Origin: Macrostomum lignano
Taxonomy: Eukaryota
NCBI GenBank assembly: GCA_002269645.1
Contig: NIVC01002080.1
Location: forward strand, 142,608 to 206,607
Reading direction: 5' to 3'
DNA length: 64,000 bases
The translations under genes were made by a program, and so were the position numbers. Shown piece after piece: positions 49,227-60,400 of this stretch (position 1 is its first letter; each line of letters opens with the position of its first letter). Below the pieces are notes generated by a model that did not search any database, was not told the DNA's origin, and saw only the letters and a program-made list of their open reading frames with translations.

Positions 49227-49466
49227 ATGCTTCCAGTTGTCTCCCGAGGTTCTTATTATACTCAGCCTCATCCATTGTACAAATCCAAGTACCGATGCAA
49301 ACTTGAATGCAGCGAATACATGAGAAAATATTGGCCCGACGTTGATATCAATGTCCCTAATATTAATAAAGCACTTAAATCTCACTGGTTTGAAAAACAT
49401 GGAGTAACCTATGTAAAAGATTACGACAGCTACTATAACTTTGCAGAAATCATTAAGCAATTGTGA
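49227..49466 (+). CDS. Small hypothetical protein (79 aa) of the element
   Basis: AAAAATG start context like the other element genes; stop converges on the minor capsid gene stop. Confidence 0.5.
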   Translation: MLPVVSRGSYYTQPHPLYKSKYRCKLECSEYMRKYWPDVDINVPNINKALKSHWFEKHGVTYVKDYDSYYNFAEIIKQL

Positions 49467-49470
49467 TTTC

Positions 49471-50334
49471 TTACATTCTCTCAATGATCAACGTCAATAC
49501 AAACTCTTCCCCATTAAAATCAACGCCCATCCCATCTTCAGTCTCAAACTGTAGCACAATCTCGTGAATCTCCTTATTACTCAATACAACTCTTTTCACT
49601 GGATTTGGTTTCTCTACCACCATCTGTCCTCCAGCAACAGAGTTGGAGATGTTGTACAAAATATTCGTTCGCTTTCCCTTAAATACCCAATCAAGACTGA
49701 GATTGCTTCTGATTAGAATATTCAAACCCTTTACAATGTCTGCAATATTGGGTGCTAAGAACAAACCGCTTACACTTTCCCGGACCATTCTAACAGTCCC
49801 CGATGCTTGAGTGGCGGTCCGCGCCGCGGATTCTGCCTTATAAACTTTCTTCTCGAATCCTAGTTCCCTATACCAAGTGTCATCTTTAAACTCAACCTCC
49901 GCATTTTTGTGAACTTGCATGACCACTCTCATTACAGTGAGATCATAGGTTAGTTTGACAGGGAACAGTTTCTTCTCTGGCTTACTCGCATCAGGTGTCT
50001 CAAAATGGCCTCTCTTAGTAAAGACATTTTCTAGAAAGTTATTGTAGGTATCCACACTTTGCGTGCTCACATGGAATACCACAGGGTCTTCTGCTGCACC
50101 TTTCCATTTGTAATAAAACTTATTATTTGCTGCCATCACATTGGGAACGTTTGACCAACCAGTGAAGTCGTTAAGATAGACATGGTAATTAGCACCTGGA
50201 TCCAGGCGAATCGCCTGCTCTAATTTTTCAACAAATATCCCGTTTGAGTCATTAATTCGCCCAGTTATTGTAATAGGAATGCTCTCTTTAGAGTGAGAAA
50301 CTATATTATTTAGTCTTTCAGCAATCGCTTCCAT
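49471..50334 (-). CDS. Minor capsid protein (penton, single jelly-roll), intact
   Basis: 287 aa; C-terminal pattern IRSNL...KGKRTNILY.....G.MVVEKP...I.EI.LQFETEDG..VDFNGE.F.L.L typical of Polinton pentons; adjacent to MCP. Confidence 0.82.
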   Translation of the reverse strand: MEAIAERLNNIVSHSKESIPITITGRINDSNGIFVEKLEQAIRLDPGANYHVYLNDFTGWSNVPNVMAANNKFYYKWKGAAEDPVVFHVSTQSVDTYNNFLENVFTKRGHFETPDASKPEKKLFPVKLTYDLTVMRVVMQVHKNAEVEFKDDTWYRELGFEKKVYKAESAARTATQASGTVRMVRESVSGLFLAPNIADIVKGLNILIRSNLSLDWVFKGKRTNILYNISNSVAGGQMVVEKPNPVKRVVLSNKEIHEIVLQFETEDGMGVDFNGEEFVLTLIIERM

Positions 50335-50357
50335 TTTTTTTCACAAAAAAAAAATAT

Positions 50358-51644
50358 TTAAACTTTACTGGATGAATTGTTGATCATGTTAAGCTTCACC
50401 TTCCTCTCAAATGCATAGATAATGTACAGGTCCACGGGTGTTGCGGTAGTCCTTTCAATGTTAGTCACGATATTCACAGGGCTGTTATCAGTAGGCATTT
50501 GTCTGGCAGACACATCAGCGCCAAACATCGGATATAGAGTTCCATATTGAAGAGCAGTGATAGCAATTCCATTGTTCTCTTTCACAGCCAAGTCGACCAA
50601 CTCGCTATAAAATTTGCTAATCTTGTTCTGACTGAAATCTCCATTTTGTGGCAGTGCAGGGTAAAGATTATCACTGATTTCATGCTGAATGGACCGCACG
50701 TCTCCATGCATGTAGCGTATGATGCTATTTGGGTTTCTCATGTTAATAATGATATACCTTGGATTGCTGCATGATCCCTCTTTGATGCGGATGTTTGTTC
50801 TAGTTTCGTTTCGCTCATCTCGACACATGTAGGCCGTGTATGCAACATCAATGTCCTTCTCTATTGCCTTAAGATAGTCTGCTTTTAGTGCAGTCTTTGG
50901 CTCAATGACTTCCAAATACAGCTCGATTCCGGTTAGCTTCACAGCCATCCCAGTGTGGTCCGCCCCAGTCCACAACACTCTACTGCGATCATCTCTAGTC
51001 AGTCTAAATGTGTAGCTAAAGTTGCTAGTCAGTCGATTAAATGTATTACAGAATCCACTCATGAATCTCAGTGGTACAAATACATCAACAGACCGATACT
51101 GCGGGTTCTTAGCAGCATCATCAGCACCTTGCAATGCATAGTTGTATCTCTTCTTCCTATTTTTATAGCCACTGTCATTGATATCTCCTTCTTTTTCATC
51201 TGCAATAAAACCCGCACCACTTCCCAACTGAATAAAATCAGGATTCTCGATCAAACAATGAGCGTCATAGACAATTCCAAAGTTGGCGATTCGCTCCAAC
51301 TCTGTGCTCCCATTCGATACACTAAACTCCTTGAACATGTACGCCCAAAAGTTACTGATCAGAGCCACATCCGCATCATGCTTGTCAACGTTAGCACGAG
51401 CCGCATCCGCACCACCTTTTGTCTTGAATTGAAATGTCATATGGAAGCCGCTCTTAAGACTGTGCACACTAACCAGAGACGAACATCCATTGTATGTAAA
51501 TGTCAGTGTTTGACCTGGACCCAAATTAGTTTCATTCTGGTTCTCGTGACTCGGAACTCTAACTTGTGTCGCTTTGATTGTGCTATCATCACTCAAAATA
51601 AGCTTGTTAATTTTGTAGAAAACTGGTGTCAGTCGGTCGTTCAT
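50358..51644 (-). CDS. Major capsid protein (double jelly-roll), intact
   Basis: 428 aa, beta-strand rich; N.WAYMFKE.S...G.TELERI, VFVPLRFMSGF, KLTGIELYL motifs; size and position next to the penton as in Mavericks. Confidence 0.82.
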   Translation of the reverse strand: MNDRLTPVFYKINKLILSDDSTIKATQVRVPSHENQNETNLGPGQTLTFTYNGCSSLVSVHSLKSGFHMTFQFKTKGGADAARANVDKHDADVALISNFWAYMFKEFSVSNGSTELERIANFGIVYDAHCLIENPDFIQLGSGAGFIADEKEGDINDSGYKNRKKRYNYALQGADDAAKNPQYRSVDVFVPLRFMSGFCNTFNRLTSNFSYTFRLTRDDRSRVLWTGADHTGMAVKLTGIELYLEVIEPKTALKADYLKAIEKDIDVAYTAYMCRDERNETRTNIRIKEGSCSNPRYIIINMRNPNSIIRYMHGDVRSIQHEISDNLYPALPQNGDFSQNKISKFYSELVDLAVKENNGIAITALQYGTLYPMFGADVSARQMPTDNSPVNIVTNIERTTATPVDLYIIYAFERKVKLNMINNSSSKV

Positions 51645-51674
51645 TTTTTAACTAAAAATAAAATAAAATAAGAA

Positions 51675-52874
51675 ATGAAGCGGAAAAGTTCATATCATAT
51701 CTCTGAACTAGAAAAGCTGGCGCAAGCAGAGAAACGAGTTACCGGACTAATCAACAAAGAACAACAATCTTACAATGAATTCGTCCAAGCAGCCACCGAA
51801 TTTCACAAACCCGGATACACAGAAGCGAAGAAAAACATCGACACTGTGAAGGAAACAATTGATGATATTCAAGAGAGCCAGTTGCAAAACACATTGGGTA
51901 AAATCCCATCTTCACCGGAACAACCACAGGCTCAGCAACCAGGACAACCAGTGCAGATGAATGTGACGGATAACTTTTTTTGGCCCCGTAATGGTTGATG
52001 GAAAATATATTTTTGGAATTAGCGTCTGGCGAAAAGAAATTACCAAGGAACCGGTGGATTACAACATTGAAGTGACAAAGGAAAATATTTCAATCAATAA
52101 AGGTGCAGAAACTAAAGAATCCCCTACACTAAAACTTTACTTGATTACATGACTAAAAATCTAGAGAAAACGTCTGAAAAGAAGCTAAAAAATTACAAAG
52201 ATCTTGTTACCTTCGCTTTAGAGAGGGACATAGACATTCTCAAGAACAACGGTGTTTTGAAAGTTTTACATGAAAACAGGATTGACTTGAACAGGTTTAG
52301 AAAATACAAATACTTTAAACAATGGTTTGGTTTGCCAGATCAAGAAGAGGTCATAAGACAACAACCACAACAACAACAGCCACAACAGCAGCAACCAAAA
52401 CAACAACTACAACAACCACAACAGCAGCAACCACAAACACAACCACAACCACAACAACCTCCACCGCCACAGCAACAAATCACACCCGAACAAGTACTAG
52501 AAGCGCTTGAAAAAGCAGGGCCAAATGAGATTTCCCAGTACAGAAACCAGCGCCCAGATGAATGGCGACAATTAGAGCGGCTCTCCCCAGAACGAATGAA
52601 GCGAATCAATGACAGAGTATTCACACCTCAACAAAGACAAGCGCCACATGACAGTTCCTCCTCTGACCAATCATTCGAATCACCTCCAAGCTCTTCCGGA
52701 AAAGGCATGCCTGAATTCTACAAGCGGTTAGCTGTTCTTCTAGGAGCGGCAAAGACCGGAATGAAAGACGAGAATAGAAAAGAATTTGTCAACATCCTGG
52801 ACAAAATGCTTGAGAGAAAATATATCGATAAAAGAGCAAGAGAACTTTTGCTTTCACGGTTTAACAAAAAATAA
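51675..52874 (+). CDS. Probable single ~400-aa Maverick accessory/core protein split by indels (ORFs 51675-51998 and 52149-52874), with a Q/P-rich linker
   Basis: Frames can be joined across T7 (~51975), T4 (~52088) and C runs; C-terminal SGKG..F.KRLAVLLGAAKTG..EFVNILDKM helix resembles a motif conserved in Polintons (PZ-type assignment tentative). Confidence 0.6.
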
Positions 52875-52890
52875 ATTTCTATTTAAAAAG

Positions 52891-53271
52891 ATGCCAATTA
52901 TTTTCGAAAAAGACATTGACAAATACTACGACAAAGAGGAACTTAATCTCATTAAACGCGGATCTGGACTTTTCCCTGCAGGCCACTATCCAAGAAAAGA
53001 ACGTTCTGGGAACGGTCTTGCCGATTTGATCGCTCAAGGGGCCAAGATTTTTAAGGTCATTGGAGAGAACAAAGAGAACATCAAGAACGTTGCTGAAGCG
53101 GCCGGTAGTGTAGCCACAGCAGCCAAAAAGATTAAAGATACGGTTCATGAAACCCGGAAATCAATACCAGATATTCAACCCCTTGCACCGAGTGCAGATA
53201 GTGTCGATCCAGCCATCTACGCAAAGATGAGAGCTGAATATAAGAAAGGAGGCGGTTTTAAATTTGACTAA
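52891..53271 (+). CDS. Small virion core-like protein with GxG motifs and an amphipathic helix (126 aa)
   Basis: ATG at 52891 in AAAAAGATG; KRGSGL, RSGNGLADLIAQGAKIFKVIG, terminal KKGGGFKF. Confidence 0.65.
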   Translation: MPIIFEKDIDKYYDKEELNLIKRGSGLFPAGHYPRKERSGNGLADLIAQGAKIFKVIGENKENIKNVAEAAGSVATAAKKIKDTVHETRKSIPDIQPLAPSADSVDPAIYAKMRAEYKKGGGFKFD

Positions 53272-53467
53272 TTTGGTGCACCCTGACGGTAAAAGAGGTG
53301 TGAGGGTGTAGGACTAGTCGGATGTAGGACTAGTAGAAAAAAAAAGACACACAACCCGAAAAAAAGACACACATCCCGCAAAGAGACACACACATACACA
53401 TCCCGAAAAAAGACACACGCGTCTTAAATACACAATTTTAAAAAGAAAAAGTTTTTTTACATAAAAA

Positions 53468-54266
53468 ATGGACTTCACAAACGACTTTCATCCCCACTGG
53501 ACACGCAATCAGATAAAATTTGCTCACAACGAGATAATTCCAGGGCACTTCCGATGCATTGTTGTTGGCTCATCTGGGTCAGGGAAAACCTTCAGAGTTT
53601 TTAACATGCTCCTCAGACCTGGATTCCTCGATTATGACACACTACATATCTATTCACCCACTCTGTATCAAGATGAGTATAAAATGCTAGTAGCGGGCCT
53701 ACAGAACAAACTCAACAAGGAAATATTATTCAATGTTTTAGACATCAAAAAGACCTCAACAGCAACCCGGAAGTTGTAGCCACTGAATACGCAAAGCACA
53801 TCCCAGACAATGAAAAATGGCAAAATTTAAAGTTTTCACTTATGGAGATCCACAGATAGATCCTAAAACTAAACTCTTACCTCAACCTGATGAACTAGAA
53901 AAGGGGAGAAAGCACCTGATTGTCTTTGATGACTGCATGACCGGTCCCCAGAAACAGATAGAAAATTATTTCACCCGGGGTAGACACAATAACTGCAATG
54001 TTATTTACATTGCCCAAAACTGGTTTGAACTGCCAAATAAAACAATTAGAGGTAACTGTAATTTGATTCTCCTTTTCCCAACCATACCACAGGATCGACT
54101 GAAACGATTTTATAATGAAGTCATTGCCCCAGCTCACATTACATATCCAGCTAAGAACTCTAACAGAACAATATCACAGGAGGAATTTGTTAACATATGC
54201 TATGAAAAGTGGAACCAACCTTATCAGTTTGTCATGATTAATAAGGAGAAAAGAATTTTAATTTAA
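53468..54266 (+). CDS. A32/FtsK-like genome packaging ATPase (two -1 indels in A5 runs near 53750 and 53815)
   Basis: Walker A GSSGSGKT, Walker B LIVFDD, then RGRH and IYIAQNWF motifs. Confidence 0.93.
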
Positions 54267-54283
54267 TTTTTCATTTAAAAAAA

Positions 54284-55057
54284 ATGTCTATTAATTTTGC
54301 AGGTGAGTCAACTACAAGCAACAGCACTCTCACAACTTCCTTCCTTGACAAGCGCTACATTAACATTGATGAAGAGATCCCAGAGATCAAACTGAATAAA
54401 AACAGACTGAAAGCCCTAGAGCGCTCCATGCACCAGTTGCAAATCAACATGGAAGATCTCAGGCTTAAAGTAGCTAGACAGAAGTTTGACAGTGATAAGC
54501 TTTATGTGCCGTTGTTAAACGCAACTAATGAACTAAGGTCAGAAATAACTTCGGCGGTCTCGCTAATCAACGGCTTGAGATCATCAGTTAATCTTCTGGG
54601 AAATTTCACTGATAGACGGATGCGTATTCTTGAAGAAAGAGTTTTCACAAACACAGTTAAAGTGAGGAATTTAGAAGAGTTCATGAACCAGTCAACAGCG
54701 TTGCATGATAGAATTAAAGAAAACGTCGCAACCAACACATGTAAAGTGAGGAATTTAGAGGAGTTCATGACTCAGTCAACAGCGTTGCATGATCAAATCA
54801 AAGTAAGAATTACTGCAAATAAAGTCTTTGTAGATTTAGTTTTTACCGAATGGCAGAAATCGGTGAGAAGAATCGGTCGTCTTGAACGCTTGCATAATCT
54901 CAAAAACATTGACGCTGAAGAGGCACCACAGACCACAAGGGAAACAAGTGATCCAACCGACTTGTTTGAGATCATGCGTAGAATGGAGCTCACAGATAAT
55001 GAAAAGGCAGATTCAGAGATTTGTTGCCGTCACTGCAGACGAAGCAATCAACCGTAA
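54284..55057 (+). CDS. Coiled-coil protein with a 29-aa internal repeat (fibre/spike-like candidate)
   Basis: N-terminal LDKRYINID; heptad pattern; VKVRNLEEFMNQSTALHD repeated as CKVRNLEEFMTQSTALHD. Confidence 0.7.
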   Translation: MSINFAGESTTSNSTLTTSFLDKRYINIDEEIPEIKLNKNRLKALERSMHQLQINMEDLRLKVARQKFDSDKLYVPLLNATNELRSEITSAVSLINGLRSSVNLLGNFTDRRMRILEERVFTNTVKVRNLEEFMNQSTALHDRIKENVATNTCKVRNLEEFMTQSTALHDQIKVRITANKVFVDLVFTEWQKSVRRIGRLERLHNLKNIDAEEAPQTTRETSDPTDLFEIMRRMELTDNEKADSEICCRHCRRSNQP

Positions 55058-55115
55058 AACAAATCTAACCACCACCAACTAGTTGCCGATTTTTTTTTTA
55101 AAAATTCCCTAAAAA

Positions 55116-55760
55116 ATGGATGCTCAAAATTCTTTTTATGATCCGAACGCTTCCACAACACCTAGTGCACCTAGTGCACCCCAATATGAGCAACAAAAAC
55201 TCTACCCCGTCATTACTTGTAACTCTCAACAGTTTCGACTAGTGGAGATTCAAAAAATGCGAGATGATCTTGAAAAAAAATATTTTCCACAACACAAAGA
55301 AAATTAAGCGCTATGACAGCCACTGTAAATTTTTCGACTACAGCAATATGATTCTAGGATCTGTGTCTGTTCTATCTGGATCTGCTGCAGCTGTCTCAGT
55401 GTTGCCAGCCATCACAGCCCCAATCGCAATCCACTTGGTTCAGTAGGTGCTGCATGTGGACTTATTTCAGCAATTACTGGAGCATTAGCGCGAAACAGGC
55501 GAAAAAAACTAAAGCAGCTACAGGAGAAGCAAGTAAAAGAGAAAGGGGTGCACACATCAATCATAGGGTACATTTCAAGGGCAATCGAGGATAAGTTCAT
55601 TTCAGAGGATGAGTTCAAAACCATTCAGGATCTTTATGAACAATCAATTCGAATGAACTTGAACATGGTCGGTACTGATGACATGAGTCAGCTGAGAAAT
55701 GAACTCGAGAAAGTTCTTCAACATTATGTGGAAAGAAGGACAACGAGAAATGCACAATGA
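55116..55760 (+). CDS. Reconstructed ~214-aa membrane protein: PSAP/LYPx late-domain-like N-terminus, hydrophobic hairpin, ISEDEF C-terminal helices (two compensating indels)
   Basis: Removing one A from the A8 run (~55278) and adding one C at ~55433 joins ORFs 55116, 55264 and 55548 into one frame. Confidence 0.72.
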
Positions 55761-55764
55761 ACCC

Positions 55765-56166
55765 CTATGAAACACAGCCAAGAATAATTTCCTTGTAGGT
55801 CTTTCGTGTTTTGGTCATTGCATACAAAACAGTCATGCACAGCTCACCGCAAATATCACTGCTAAGACCTTGAAGAATAAAGTCTGAGTGGTAAATTTTT
55901 TTATTATTTTTCCCCTTCATATAATTTCTTAGCTCTTCTGGTACTGCCGTCCCATAGCTATCGAAGTAATAACACTTGTGCTTGCGATCGGGATCAATCA
56001 CCCAGCAAACCCAATGAGATCCTGGCTTATCGGTGGTGTCAAAGTTCATGATGCCGCATTCCTTTCTTAGAGGAAAATCAGGCAGAGTGTCCCTCATAAA
56101 TATTCCTCTAAAGTTTGGGATTTCCAGTTCATTAGCCAAATCTTCAAGAAAGTTATTTGTTGTCAT
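55765..56166 (-). CDS. Adenain-like (C5 family) capsid maturation cysteine protease, intact, 133 aa
   Basis: GSHW (His), YYFDSYG (Asp), LQ...ICGELC (Gln/Cys); ATG at 56166 in AAAAATG context. Confidence 0.93.
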   Translation of the reverse strand: MTTNNFLEDLANELEIPNFRGIFMRDTLPDFPLRKECGIMNFDTTDKPGSHWVCWVIDPDRKHKCYYFDSYGTAVPEELRNYMKGKNNKKIYHSDFILQGLSSDICGELCMTVLYAMTKTRKTYKEIILGCVS

Positions 56167-56238
56167 TTTTATGAGGTTTATTAAACTTTCTCTCAAACCT
56201 AAACCTAAACTCCACCTCCTAAACCTAAACTCCACCTC

Positions 56239-59200
56239 CTAAACCCAACTTCCACCTCCTAAACCTAACCTCCAATGCCCGAACGGTAGACTGTTAATAT
56301 TGTCATCAAAAATGAATCTCTTGTTATCTGCACCTGACAGCCCAATCTTCTTTTGCTGAATTGTGTGAATAATATGGTTTTTAGATTGTAGCTTTGAGAA
56401 CTCATGTGATGTCTTTTTGTTGCAATTCAAGGCGTCTCTGTATTCAGCTTCATTAATTTCCTTCCTAACCACACGTTTCGGAATTCCCTTTGATTTTTTG
56501 ATTGGGTCTGACGACTCACATTTTACAAAATAGGACTTTGCTCTCAACCCTAATGAATTCAGTGATTATGTCACCAGCAATCTCGTCCTTCATTTTCCCA
56601 ATCACTTTCTTGTTAGTGGCGTCAAACACTTGATCGCCATTCTGTGTCCTGCAAGATTCATCATACTCAGACAAGTCAAACAAATCTTTTTGCTGCAGCA
56701 TGTCCTGATAAATGTCTTCTGTTTGAATGTCCATAATAAAACTGTCTGTGTCAGTGTACAAGAGTTTCATTTTATCCTTGTACTGCTGCTTCATGCATAG
56801 AAGAACTGGTACATCAGACGTTTTGATTCGTCGAGTACAGTGACACCTGTATAGATCGGCTTGCGCAGCGTCACCTTGTTTTGTAAAATATGATACACCT
56901 AAGTAGCTATTAAAGATATGGAGTTCTTTGAATGTTGGCTTTGACATATTTGCCTGAATAACAGCAGGCTCTGATGAGGTAACAAGTTTCAGGTTTGTTC
57001 TTTTCCGCTCATTCTCAAGAGTCTTGCCATAGACAGAGTTGTTGGCCAACTTAAAGAGGTTCTTGTCAAATTCGTTGGTTGCTTTGGTCCTAAACTGGGT
57101 GTTCTTATCAATGTAGGGCTTCATCCACGCTTCCTCTGTAAATGTAAGAGCCCTGTGAACTTTGGTGACCCTGCAACCAAGTGAGATAAAATATGAAGCA
57201 GTTTGTAATGGATTTTGTAACGTGTCTTGTTGTTTAGATTCTGTGTTAGTTTCTCTGTATGTTCTTTTTCTGTTCCTGACAGGTGCCAAGTTCCATTATT
57301 ATCATTGGGAGTTTCGATTATTTTCGGGCACTTGATGTTCTCTGGGAAGGGTGGAAAGTCAGAGAAATAGTCGTGAAGCTCTGGTGGAATGTAAACATCA
57401 ACCTCATAAATGGCAGCCAATGAAAAGTCCCACTTTAGTTCTGATGAGGGTAGCCATCGAAAATCTCTAACTGGAAGATCTTGACTCATCGCCCACCCGT
57501 AGAGATTATTAGCGTCCAAGTAAGTAATGTAGTTTGAGGGCTGCTCCTTATTGTAAGATTCAATGTAGGGATTGTTTGCTTTTGCATACCTGTTAACACA
57601 AATTGAGATCCCCCCTCGCTTTGACGATTCAACAAAATTGTACATGTCAATGTCTGTAAGAAGTTCAATGTACCAATCTGGATCTTGATCCCATTTCATT
57701 TTAAGCAAAGATTCCCAGCTAGTGGCAGGCAGAGACACATAATGTGCTGGATCGAGGCCATATGCTGTGTACCAGGTGTATCTGAAGGTTTCAAACACAT
57801 CGGCCAGCAGAAACACATCTGTGAAGAGGTAAAGCAGGTGATACTGGAAAAAGTTTTGACAATTAAAGTAATTATAGACATGCTTCGCGTGCTCATAGTC
57901 TTTGTCAGAGATTCCAGAGTCTGTTAGCTTTGAAAAGAACTTTTCTTGTGGTGGTAAACCATCTTCAAATACGTGATACCCAGTAATATTCTCATAGGGG
58001 TAGAAGCCTTTCTTTCCTTAAAGTTTAAATGATTCATCAGTGTTGTTAATTTTACTTGCAAACATCTTTGTATATGTACATTTTTCATCTCTTAGATTCT
58101 TGCTTAGTTCGTCTAGACTGGCAGCTAGAAATTGATATGAATCCTTCAGTCTTATTTTACCTTCACCTTTACCCGAATTATCCTGTTTAATATCAACACA
58201 CTTAAACTTCTCCTTGTTCTCTGCGATGCAATCAAGGTGTATGTCTGGAATCATGCCGATTTTTTCAACTATTAAATGCATGTCATAGTTCTTTGCGTTG
58301 TGACAAAATATCGTTAGATCATGAATGTTCGATTTTAGCTTTAGATTACAGGTGTTATGCGCTGCACCTCTAAATTTCCGAGTAAAGTGGCAGTGGTCCC
58401 TAACGGTGGGGTTTTTAAAATCAGTGCAAGTTAACTGTTTCCTGCAGATGTGGCAATGAGTTGCTGATAGGAAATTGCTTTCATCCTCCTCAGTCATCAT
58501 TATTGGAACAGGTTGAAGGGTGCTAATCACTTTTTGCAACTCTAACATTCTGGCAATAAACTGCTCCACACACTGCTCTCCAAAGAAATAATTATACTCA
58601 ACAAGTCCTTTTGTATTAATAAAGGCATATGCTACTGAATTGGGGACATGTTTTTGAGTTTGAGTTTGTTTTTGAGTTGGAGTTTGTTTTTGAGTTTCTG
58701 GCACGATTGAGCATTCGAAATCAGCATATACAACAAATGGGAGCTTCTCCATCTTATGATAGTTCTTAAACCGGAGATACTTCTCTTCAGCTGAAGGAAG
58801 AGAGCAGTTTGTTGGGTGATCCTCGCATGATAATTCATGCTCTGCTAGTTTTTCAAAGCGCCCAGGCCCACTGTAATGCTTAAGGCACAAGCGGCAGATG
58901 GCAACAGCCTCGTGATGATTATTCAACTGCTTGTGAATGAGTCTTGAAAGATTTTAATCCAAACATAGTGAGCCTCCTCTAGTAAATTACCAATCACTAG
59001 AAGATCCACTTCAGTCCGCCTTTTCCCCTCAGGATCTAAAACGTCTTTGCTACATCTGACCGGTTGAACTTTCTCAGTTTTCTCACTCCACTCAAAGACT
59101 GTGATTCTAATTTTGTTATTAAACACTTCTTCTAGCTTTGGGATCTGAGAGATCGCCAAGCCTCCTTTGTCAAACCTGATTCCCTTCTTTTCGCATTCGA

Positions 59201-60118
59201 TGAGATAGTAGTTGAAATAATTTTGATAATTTGAGGTTCTTTCGGGTGGTGAGGTACACTAAAAAGTGCAGAAAGAACTGCCCATAGAGCACAGCAATTG
59301 TCTTTATTTTTAACATTTATGCAAGCTTTTTTGCCGGCTAGCTTATGCGGGAGCTCTATATAAGAGGAGGCTTTAAGTGGGTCATATTTCATGACCATGA
59401 CAGTTGCTCTTTGAATCCCTCCACGACCCATCCGGAACCTCTGGATGTAAACGCTTCAATTTTCTTATGACATCTTGAAGGAAAGGATCCAGTGTGTCTG
59501 TTGGGTGAATGGCTTTGCCTTTGTTGTCATGTAATACTCGAGATGCTCAGTGGGTTTCGCAGGCATATAAAACGCAATCTTGAATGATATCTGTAGTTTA
59601 AAGGTCTTGTGTGTTTTGAGCGTGTGATCAACAACTGATTAGATGCTGTCTTTATAGTCGTAGATGTTTGCGGTGGTATCCTTAATTGGGATTGTGTACT
59701 CTATGTAATGTTCTGTAAACTTCCTCTGTGCAAAATTAATCTCTTCAATGGCAAGCTCCGACTCTTTTAAATGGATTAATTGCTCTAATTTCTCTTGTTC
59801 TTGCTTATTTTGTGGGTACTTTGCTTTTTCACCAGTGAGAGTTTCGTATTTGTTAACTAAGTTGCGACTCCTCTCTTGGTGTTCCTTTGCAGGATTTTTT
59901 ATAGGCGCATACTGGTTGAATTCTAATTGGTTGATGATTTCCAACTGTTTTTCATAGCTTCCCAGGTGACTAGGGTCGGTGTTGAACTTTTGTTTGCATG
60001 CTTCTCTTAGTGAATTACTTTTGTCTTGAAATGAGACGCCTTTTAAGGTTGTAGGGTAGGGTAAATGAGACGAAAAATATTTGTTGACTAAATCTCTTGC
60101 TGGATTGGCTTTTGGCAT
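56239..60118 (-). CDS. polB: Protein-primed family B DNA polymerase (~1290 aa), fragmented by indels and one in-frame stop at 58018-58020
   Basis: ExoI VYADFE, ExoII HNAKNYD, ExoIII TDVFLLADVFE; Pol motifs YLDANNLYGWAM, KLANNSVYGK, YTDTDS; C-terminal DNKRF..PFGH. Confidence 0.95.
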
Positions 60119-60400
60119 TTTTTTCTCTAAAATATAAAATAATTTTGAGGGTTACCACCCTGATAGAAAAGTTGAACTGTTTCTACATCCTATAAGTAGT
60201 GTTAGGTTTATGAAGCTGGATAAAGTGGGGTTTAAAACCTCATCACATACGCATTATTGTAAACCCAGCATTGTGCAGTGTCATGATGCTTTGACAATGT
60301 CAGACTTGCTTATAGAATTTTCATTCTCACAATCATCACGATCGGGGCAGTGCCTTAACATAGTCTCTTGCAATCTCTTCTCTCTAATTGCTTTACCTTG

